Shown in pieces: positions 32,770 to 39,761 of a stretch of DNA of 64,000 bases (its first letter is position 1; every line of letters begins with the position of its first letter). Origin of the DNA: Coriobacteriaceae bacterium (GTDB lineage Bacteria > Bacillota > Clostridia > Oscillospirales > CAG-272). The DNA lies in the NCBI GenBank assembly GCA_963617165.1, contig CAVEOF010000003.1:11070-75069 (forward strand), written 5' to 3'. A model generated the notes under the pieces. The model made no database searches. It worked only from the letters and a program-made list of their open reading frames with translations, and was not told the origin of the DNA. The position numbers were made by a program, and so were the translations under genes.

Positions 32770-32798
32770 ATTTTATCACGATAACAGGATAATGTCAA
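32770..32798 (-). promoter_or_regulatory. Promoter of the toxin cassette with an embedded TTATCACGATAA palindrome
   Basis: Minus-strand TTGACA (32793..32798), 17-nt spacer, TAAAAT (32770..32775). The palindrome overlaps the -10/spacer junction. Confidence 0.55.
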
Positions 32799-32826
32799 TA
32801 TGTTTTGCATTTTTCCGAAAAATTCC

Positions 32827-32949
32827 CTATCCTCGAATCACGATGAAAGCGTCGTCGTCTTCCCCTTTCTTCTTTACCTTAAAGGTAAGGTCGATTCCCC
32901 TTGCTTTGTAGATCTCGATCAATGCCTCGAATAGTTTGATGATATCCAT
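32827..32949 (-). CDS. 40-aa ORF (not in the ORF track); paralog of 30179..30361
   Basis: My translation is MDIIKLFEALIEIYKARGIDLTFKVKKKGEDDDAFIVIRG. GGGAGA RBS. Confidence 0.45.
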   Translation of the reverse strand: MDIIKLFEALIEIYKARGIDLTFKVKKKGEDDDAFIVIRG

Positions 32950-33047
32950 GTTGTTTTTTCTCCCTTCAATATGTATTTTTGTGTCATATATATGAGTCGG
33001 GACGAATAGAATATACCACAGGACACGAAAAAGAAAGGAAATCTATC

Positions 33048-33362
33048 ATGCGTAAAATTTACGGAGGGTTACCATTACTCAAAAGAAAGGACGCCCGGTA
33101 CGAAGAGCTTATCGCTCTTCAAAACGAGGGAAAAATTTCCGATCTCCGATGTCATGAACAATTTCTTCTGATTCCACAGCAAAACGACAAGAACGGACAC
33201 CGCTTGTATTGGGAAGAAACATACTCCCCTGATTTCGTATACTTCGACCACACAGAAAACCGAACCGTCGCGGAGGATCTCGACGATCATAAGCGCTGTG
33301 ATTTCCCGATCAAAAGAAAATTGATGTTGTATGTCCACGGGATTAAAGTAAAGGAATTATAA
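33048..33362 (+). CDS. Degenerate DUF1064-like protein A (N-terminally shortened; EDTKG changed to EDLDD)
   Basis: Aligns with the 25134..25472 product from RYEELIALQNEGKISDL to KRKLMLYVHGIKV. Confidence 0.6.
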   Translation: MRKIYGGLPLLKRKDARYEELIALQNEGKISDLRCHEQFLLIPQQNDKNGHRLYWEETYSPDFVYFDHTENRTVAEDLDDHKRCDFPIKRKLMLYVHGIKVKEL

Positions 33363-33379
33363 AGAGAGGAGTGCATCTC

Positions 33380-33697
33380 ATGAGTGCCACCATAGACTAT
33401 TTCATTCCCACGGAAAAGGAACGATACGAAACATTGCTCGCCCTTCAGAAGAAAGGAAAAATCTCCGACCTGCGAAGAAGAGTAAAATATGTTCTGATCC
33501 CCACGCAAAGAGATGAAAACGGGAAAGTCGTAGAGCGCGAAGTTGCCTACTACGCAAACTTCGTCTACTTTGACAACGAAGAGCAGGAAACAGTCGTGGA
33601 AGACACGAAGAGAAACCATCCTTGGGACTATTTTCTCAAAAAAGCCTTGATGTTATATGTACACGGAATTCAAGTTAGGGAGCCTCGCAAAATATGA
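33380..33697 (+). CDS. Degenerate DUF1064-like protein B (N-terminally shortened; ADF changed to ANF). Translationally coupled to the integrase.
   Basis: Same alignment as protein A. ATGA overlap with the integrase start at 33694. Confidence 0.6.
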   Translation: MSATIDYFIPTEKERYETLLALQKKGKISDLRRRVKYVLIPTQRDENGKVVEREVAYYANFVYFDNEEQETVVEDTKRNHPWDYFLKKALMLYVHGIQVREPRKI

Positions 33698-35037
33698 ATG
33701 AACCGAAAACCGTCGGAGGGTACATTCGCGTATCGACCGAAGAGCAATCGCGAAACGGACTCTCCCTCGAGTCTCAAAGAGCGGACATCGAAGACTACTG
33801 CCGCCGCATGGGGTATCGGATCGAGAGATTTTACATAGACGCCGGTATCACCGCACGAAAGTCCCTTTACAAGCGCGTCGCCTTCATGGACATGATGCGC
33901 GATGTGCAGTCGAAACGGATCAATCACATCGTCGTTCTTCGTCTCGACCGCTTCTTCCGCAATGTGTATGACTATCACCGAATGATGCACGAGCACCTCG
34001 ACCCCGCCGGGTGCGGTTGGTCCGCCGTCAAGGAAGACTACGACACCACGACGACGAACGGGCGCCTGATGATCAACCTCCGCCTCTCCATCGCGGAGCA
34101 GGAGTGCGATCAGGACTCCGACAGAATCAAGGATGTCTTCGCAAACCGGATCAAGGAAGGCTATGTCGTGACAGGTCACCCGCCCCTCGGATATAAGATA
34201 GAAAACAAGCGCCTCGTCCCCGACGAGAACGCCGACCTCGTGCGGGAGATCTTCGACTCCTTCCTCCGTCTGAATTCCATTCGCCTCGTTCTTCTCGATC
34301 TGCGGGAAAGGCTACATGTGGACATGAAGTACGACCGCATCAACAGCACCCTGCGGAAGAAGATCTACATCGGGCATAACAGAAGCAACAAAAATTACTG
34401 TGAGCCGATCGTCTCGGAGGAAACATTCAACGCCGTGCAACGCGGGCTTGACAACAACATCCGTGCGAGAGGCACAAGGAAGGTCTACATCTTCTCAAGA
34501 CTGATAAAGTGCGCCTGTTGCGGGCACTCCATGGCGGGCAGTTCCCCGAACGCGTACAAGAATTGCAACCCGTTTATGTACTACCGATGCAATTTCGCCT
34601 ACCAAAACCTGACCTGCAATAACCGCCACAACACCAACGAAGCCGCCGTTGAACAGTACCTTCTCGAAAATATCGAGACTCTGATCCGCAATTACATTTA
34701 CGAGGTCGAAGCAAAAGAAAGATCTGCCCCTGCCCCGCGTAAGGGAAACAGAAAGCAGATCGAAGCGAAAATCGAGCGTGTCATGGAGTTGTATATCAAT
34801 AAGGTGATCGAGCTTGACGAATTCCGAAGAAGAAGAGACGAGCTACAAGCGCAGATCGTCGACGACGAGGTAGAACCGAAGAAGACCGACCTCACCGCCG
34901 TCAAAGCCTTCCTCAATAGCGGATTCAAAGAAGTGTACGGCAATCTCTCCCCACTCGAAAAACGCACTCTGTGGCGAAAAATCGTCAAAGAAATCATCTG
35001 TGAAGGAAGCGAAGTCAAAGAGGTTGTTTTTTTGTAG
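33694..35037 (+). CDS. Large serine recombinase (prophage integrase)
   Basis: GYIRVSTEEQ catalytic-Ser motif. Resolvase domain, recombinase domain and a CACCGH...YYRC zinc ribbon. 447 aa. Confidence 0.9.
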   Translation: MNEPKTVGGYIRVSTEEQSRNGLSLESQRADIEDYCRRMGYRIERFYIDAGITARKSLYKRVAFMDMMRDVQSKRINHIVVLRLDRFFRNVYDYHRMMHEHLDPAGCGWSAVKEDYDTTTTNGRLMINLRLSIAEQECDQDSDRIKDVFANRIKEGYVVTGHPPLGYKIENKRLVPDENADLVREIFDSFLRLNSIRLVLLDLRERLHVDMKYDRINSTLRKKIYIGHNRSNKNYCEPIVSEETFNAVQRGLDNNIRARGTRKVYIFSRLIKCACCGHSMAGSSPNAYKNCNPFMYYRCNFAYQNLTCNNRHNTNEAAVEQYLLENIETLIRNYIYEVEAKERSAPAPRKGNRKQIEAKIERVMELYINKVIELDEFRRRRDELQAQIVDDEVEPKKTDLTAVKAFLNSGFKEVYGNLSPLEKRTLWRKIVKEIICEGSEVKEVVFL

Positions 35038-35061
35038 CACGATTTCTACTAACTCGTGTAT
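35038..35061. other. Prophage-host junction (att core expected here)
   Basis: Lies between the integrase stop (35037) and the last ATPase-homologous codon (PEG, 35062..35070). Confidence 0.55.
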
Positions 35062-35943
35062 GCCTTCAGGGACCGCGACGACAACGACGGTGATCATCAG
35101 GGTCAGGGCGTGGATCAGGGTGGAAAATACGAAGCTCGGGTTGCCGAAGGAGGCGAGGATCTTCGCGCCGACGAAGCCGTTGTCTGCGACGAAGCGGTTG
35201 AACAGATAGGTCAGCGCGACGAACGCCGCCATCACGTAGCCGATCTTGCTGATCTGCGAGGCGAGCCGGGAGAGGCGGAGCTTCAGCGGGCTCTCCCGCG
35301 TCTCGCTCTGGACGTCCTTCGCTACCATGCCGTAATAGGTATTGCCGCCGACGCGGCCGACCTTCATCTCCCCTTCGCCCGAGGTGACGACCGCGCCGCG
35401 GTAGACCTTGGTCGGCTCGTGGAGATCCCAGCGCTCCGACGGAGCGCCCGCGTGCTTCTCCGCGTCGGCGCTCTCGCCGTTCAGCGCGGAGAGGTCGAGG
35501 CGCACGCTCCCAGAGGTCAGCGTGCCGTCCGCCGGTACCTGCTCTCCCGCGGAGAGCAGTACCAGATCGCCGACGACAAGCTCGGAGATCGGAAGGCGCA
35601 CCACCTCGCCGTCACGCACGGCAAGGCAGCACGCCTCCTCTCCCTCCGCCTGCATGTCGGCGAAGGCGCGCTCGCTCCCGTATTCCGACGCGGTGGAGAC
35701 CGTCGTCGCGATCAATACGGCGATCAGAATGCCCGAAACCTCGAACCAGTTGCACCGCCCGAACGTGAATACCACCTCGGCAAGCAGTGCGAACATCAAT
35801 ACTTTAATGATCGGGTCACCGAGATTTTCAAAAAATTTACGGAGGAAGCCCTTGGTCTTCTCGCGTGTCAGCGAATTGTCCCCGTGCTTCTCGCGGGAAA
35901 GTCGGACTTCCTCTTCGGTCAAGCCGCGTTTTGCTTTCTTCAT
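35062..35943 (-). pseudogene. 5' fragment (about 294 codons) of a P-type Ca2+-ATPase-like gene, split by the prophage
   Basis: MKKAKRGLTEEEVRLSREKHGDNSL...VVVVAVPEG. The frame then runs into prophage DNA (IHELVEIV...) instead of the canonical PEGLP continuation. Confidence 0.75.
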
Positions 35944-36306
35944 TGCACACTCCTTCGGATCGCGTTCCTTCTGCAAAAACTATATGAGAGCGCGTCCCGA
36001 AACATTCGTACAAGCGTCCTGCGAAAGAAATTTTTCGCAGGGGCGCTTTGTTTTTGCTTTTTTCCCTGCCCGCCGTCGTTTTTCTCCGACATTCGTGCCG
36101 CGGGGCGAAAGCTTTTCGTCTTCGTTTTTATTGTCTTTTCGCACAAATTCTTTTGTTGAAGTTGCATAACCGAATTTTCGAATAGCGTATTTATATGCAA
36201 AAATCGTCAAAAAGTTGATTGAATTTCCCTATTTTTTCAGAGGGCAAGTATGATATAATAAAAAATGTAAGAGTGGTTTCGATCCGCCTCGTTTTTTTCC
36301 ATACTT

Positions 36307-36332
36307 GTCGGGAAAAGTATAATTTTCCTGAC
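36307..36332. promoter_or_regulatory. 26-bp near-palindrome 1 (GTCGGGAAAAGTATAATTTTCCTGAC)
   Basis: Inverted arms around a central TATAAT. Related to the site at 36432..36457. Confidence 0.5.
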
Positions 36333-36431
36333 ACGAGGCAAAGAAAAAAAGAGCCGCAAAAAATCCGCTTGCAAGCTCTTTTTTAGGTTAAAAATCACTC
36401 CGGGACCGACGAAAAACCGAAGGAATGCACT

Positions 36432-36457
36432 GTCAAGAAAGGTATACTTTTCCTGAC
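36432..36457. promoter_or_regulatory. 26-bp near-palindrome 2 (GTCAAGAAAGGTATACTTTTCCTGAC)
   Basis: Same architecture, 125 bp from site 1 and about 100 bp upstream of the 36560 start. Confidence 0.5.
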
Positions 36458-36559
36458 ACCCCACCGCGGCATATGCGGCGCGCCCTCGGGGCTTCGAAAA
36501 TGACGCGAACCCGACGCGAATTTCGGGAATTTTGGCATTTGGTAAGAAAGGACAAAATC

Positions 36560-38950
36560 ATGCAAAGAAAACGCAAATTTCTCCTGTGGATTCCCGTTCT
36601 GGTGCTTCTTTGTGCCGCTTTTACCGTGTTTTGCGCGGCGGATGAGACGGCGGAGAGCACCGATAGCGCAACCTTTATTTTTATAACAGACAACACAACG
36701 ACTGATCCTGTCGAGGTCGCGAGAAGAACCTACAAGGTCGGCGATGAGCTTCCCTTCTCGTTCGATCTGGAGGCATCAAAGCAAACCTTCGAGATCGACC
36801 TCCATAATTTTTACGCACAGTTTACGTCGGCTACATTCATAAAGGACGGTGCGGAAGAGTCACAGAGCGTTAGCGAGCTTCCGACAACGATTACCGTAGC
36901 CGACTGCGGCGAATACGTAATCACACTGAAGGGTAAGGATGTCAGAAAAGTATATGCGTCTATTATTCGTCCCGCGAAAAATATGATTGCGTATCTTGCC
37001 AATGTCGACGCTTTTATAGGCGCCTCCACTCTGAACGATGCTATTGTAGCCGGTGAAAAGATTTTAATTACTTTCCACGAAAACGGCTCGTTGCCCGCAA
37101 TTGATTTCACAAAAGACAACAGGTCTGGCGCCACCGATACAGCAACCGATAAAAAACCTATCGTCTATATAGACTTCAACGGTCAGTCGCTGAACGTAAG
37201 CGAACAAGTTAACACTCTCTTCAATTTCAAGACGGCAAACGGTAATAGCTATGTGAACCCGCACTATTTTTACTCGAGCAGACCGGGGGCACAGATCACT
37301 GCCACCAATGCCACCTTCCTGAGAGGCGCGAGAAACTGCGCTTATTACATCGGCTCCGTAGATTTCACAATGAAAAAATTCGTTGACTATGATGAGAAGA
37401 TCAGTGTGCAGGCAGATGGCGCTAACCTGAGCATCGCATGTCGTGCACTGTACACGGTTGATTATTTGTCCGGACACTGTTATGCCGACGGCATCACGTA
37501 TCGTCAAACCACACCGAACAATACGACAGGAAACAAGCTCGGTGCGCTGTGCTATGTTGCCGGCGGCGAAGCGACAAACAACCCGACACTTGAAATCACA
37601 AATTCGACCCTCTATCTTGAAAACGGTAGTTTTTCCGCGACCGCGTCGAGCGCGATTACTGCGGGACTCCAGAGCGCCCTCACCATTAAAGATTCGCGTA
37701 TGTATCTTCGAAGCGGCGTAACCTACCGCAACAATGCAACCTATGAGAAGTCAAGCATTGAGCTTGTCAACACCGAGATATACTCCGCCGATAAGCTTGG
37801 CTCTCTTGTCGAAAACAAGCTCTTCGCAAGATGCGACAGAGCGACGGAAGGGCGCATTACCTACCTCTATCAATGGGTCGACTCGGATAAGAGTGCCAAA
37901 GCGACTTTGGTGGACGGCGACGAGAATCCTCTTTTTGCGGAAGCCTGGGTAATCGGAGCGACACCTGTTTTTGAGTATAATCCCTTCGGTGACAGAGGTA
38001 CCTATACTTATTACGCTACCGCAGATGAGCCGATCTCGGCTGACAAGTCCTATTTGGGAACGCTCAAGAGCAGTGCGTCGAAGATCACGGGTAATCTTAC
38101 TCTTTACGCAAACATCACCTTCAACCTCTATTTCAAGGCTGACACTTACATCACGGGCGTGACGTATACGCATCCCAATGGGGAAACAAAGATCGATGTC
38201 ACTTTCGAAGAAAAAGATCTTGTCACCTTGAGTGATGGAGACTACTACCTCTTCAAGATCGACAACATCTCTCCGAAGAACCTCTCCGAGGCGTTCACTC
38301 TTGACGTCCACCTCGAAAAGGACGGAACGACGGCAACCTACACGGTCAGCACTTCCCTTTCGAAGTACGCCTCCTCGGTTCTCAAAGATACCAATACCGA
38401 CGACAAGACGAAAGCGGGCAAGAACCTCGTTCTTGCTCTTCTCGATTACGTCTACGAAATGTCGATCGCCTTCAAAGACGAAAGCGACACAGACACCGCA
38501 GGACTGGATGCAATCAAGAAGGGACTCGGTTATTACGGGTACACGCGCGAGACATGGGAAGGTCCCGGAACGATTCCTACCCCGGGTAACATCACGGCGG
38601 CTTCGCTCAAGCTTGCGAGTACGCCCGGTTTCATCTTCTTCCTGAGCAGTGATTACGAAAAGACGAATGAAATCAACGTCACGGTGAACGGAACGGAAAC
38701 GGACTACACCGTCACACACGATGGAGATAACCACTACTTCATCGTGAGTAACATCCACGTCTCGAAGTACAACGAAGACCTGACAGTAAAAGTCGAGGGT
38801 GGCGAAGCCTTCGTCTACAATCTCGATGCCTACATGCAGGGCTTCATCAAAAAAGGGGAAGAGGTTCCCGCCTATGCGCACGCACTTTACAGCTACGTTC
38901 TCGCGGCACAAGCCTACCTTGCTACCCCCGACACACAGGTAACCGAGTGA
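36560..38950 (+). CDS. Secreted large protein (796 aa) with a signal peptide and a probable beta-helix-like repeat region
   Basis: MQRKRKFLLWIPVLVLLCAAFTVFCAADE. Repeated NSTLYLENGS / KDSRMYLRSG type turns. Confidence 0.6.
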   Translation: MQRKRKFLLWIPVLVLLCAAFTVFCAADETAESTDSATFIFITDNTTTDPVEVARRTYKVGDELPFSFDLEASKQTFEIDLHNFYAQFTSATFIKDGAEESQSVSELPTTITVADCGEYVITLKGKDVRKVYASIIRPAKNMIAYLANVDAFIGASTLNDAIVAGEKILITFHENGSLPAIDFTKDNRSGATDTATDKKPIVYIDFNGQSLNVSEQVNTLFNFKTANGNSYVNPHYFYSSRPGAQITATNATFLRGARNCAYYIGSVDFTMKKFVDYDEKISVQADGANLSIACRALYTVDYLSGHCYADGITYRQTTPNNTTGNKLGALCYVAGGEATNNPTLEITNSTLYLENGSFSATASSAITAGLQSALTIKDSRMYLRSGVTYRNNATYEKSSIELVNTEIYSADKLGSLVENKLFARCDRATEGRITYLYQWVDSDKSAKATLVDGDENPLFAEAWVIGATPVFEYNPFGDRGTYTYYATADEPISADKSYLGTLKSSASKITGNLTLYANITFNLYFKADTYITGVTYTHPNGETKIDVTFEEKDLVTLSDGDYYLFKIDNISPKNLSEAFTLDVHLEKDGTTATYTVSTSLSKYASSVLKDTNTDDKTKAGKNLVLALLDYVYEMSIAFKDESDTDTAGLDAIKKGLGYYGYTRETWEGPGTIPTPGNITAASLKLASTPGFIFFLSSDYEKTNEINVTVNGTETDYTVTHDGDNHYFIVSNIHVSKYNEDLTVKVEGGEAFVYNLDAYMQGFIKKGEEVPAYAHALYSYVLAAQAYLATPDTQVTE

Positions 38951-38964
38951 AAGGAGAAACGAAC

Positions 38965-39108
38965 ATGAAACAGTATACCAAAGCAGATCTCGAGCTTCTC
39001 CTTCTCGAAACGAAGGACGTCATTCTGACGAGCAGCCCGCAGGGCCTGTGGGACGATCCGGAGCACGAATCCGCCTTTGGCTTTGACGACATCTTTTTGC
39101 CGGAATAA
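38965..39108 (+). CDS. 47-aa ORF (not in the ORF track)
   Basis: AAGGAGAAACGAAC-ATG. My translation is MKQYTKADLELLLLETKDVILTSSPQGLWDDPEHESAFGFDDIFLPE. Confidence 0.4.
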   Translation: MKQYTKADLELLLLETKDVILTSSPQGLWDDPEHESAFGFDDIFLPE

Positions 39109-39324
39109 AGCATCGCATGACCCTCTCCCTTTGAGAGCTCTTTCGAGACTTCGTAAGGGAGCCGCCGAGCGGAGCGAAGCGTTTTGCTACTTCCTATCCG
39201 CGGAGCAGATCTCCCTACCGATGGCAAAAGCGCGTCGGTAGGGAGCCAAACACGACAGCTTATACGGGAGTCCCTCCTGAAGAGGCGCAAGCGGAATTTG
39301 CCCCCTTCTCTCCCGAAAAGCTCA

Positions 39325-39355
39325 CCTCCCGAGAATGCCCTCGGGAGGTTTTTTA
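39325..39355 (+). terminator. Rho-independent terminator
   Basis: CCTCCCGAG-AATGCC-CTCGGGAGG followed by TTTTTTATT. Confidence 0.75.
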
Positions 39356-39650
39356 TTGCTTTCCGCTTTTTTGCTTGCGTTTTGCCCGATTTTGCTTTTT
39401 CGTTTTTTTGCTTTTTTGTCTTTTTTCTGTCTTTTGTTTTTTTCGCGTTTTCTGTCTTTTTAACGCTTCTTGTTTTTTGTCGCTTGTCAGTTTCCCTTTT
39501 GCGTTTGCCGAAGCCTTTCCTCTCGAGTGCGCCCGATGCCGTTTTCCCTTTTGAAACGCGGGGCTTTCTCTTTTTGCAGCGCTTTCTCTTTTCGCAGGGC
39601 TTTCTCTTTTCGTGGGGCTTTCTAACATGGCGAGTTCTGTCACACGGAAG
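39353..39650. repeat. Pyrimidine-rich low-complexity tract ending in about 3.5 x 18-nt tandem repeats (GCTTTCTCTTTTCGCAGG)
   Basis: Read directly. Similar tracts lie at about 36040-36140, 44690-44910 and 45790-45960. Confidence 0.7.
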
Positions 39651-39761
39651 ATCAAAGACAGTAGGATATGTCATACGAAAAACAGAAAAAGAGATTGAAA
39701 AGCGGAGGGGAACGTGCTATAATCGAAGGAGAATCAAGATCATCCGAAAGGAGAATTTGTC

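Larger units (their letters stand above)
1..35061. mobile_element. Prophage (partial; left end outside window). Right junction lies at about 35,038-35,061, next to a large serine recombinase gene.
   Basis: Contiguous phage modules: terminase, portal, Prp, scaffold, capsid, virion proteins, recombination/replication genes, CI/Cro switch and integrase. Ends where a host P-type ATPase reading frame loses homology. Confidence 0.85.

Noticed and set aside
34843-35061. Continuation of the ATPase ORF into the prophage (listed ORF 34843-35976)
   Set aside because: Sequence after ...AVPEG has no P-type ATPase similarity and is antisense to the integrase 3' end. It is read-through of a disrupted gene, not genuine coding sequence.
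1-35061. Search for a diversity-generating retroelement, retron, group II intron, phage tRNAs or a recognisable multi-gene defence system inside the prophage
   Set aside because: I could not see a reverse-transcriptase-like ORF, a template/variable repeat pair in the tail fibre C-terminus, a tRNA-like fold, or nuclease/ATPase defence gene pairs. Only the RelE-type cassette and the anti-restriction candidates were found.
38922-39674. 250-aa minus-strand ORF rich in K/R/E; similar ORFs lie at 44459-44935, 44688-44906, 45549-46025 and 35940-36210
   Set aside because: These are translations of pyrimidine-rich low-complexity intergenic DNA. They lack an RBS, overlap terminators and hairpins, and have non-protein-like composition.
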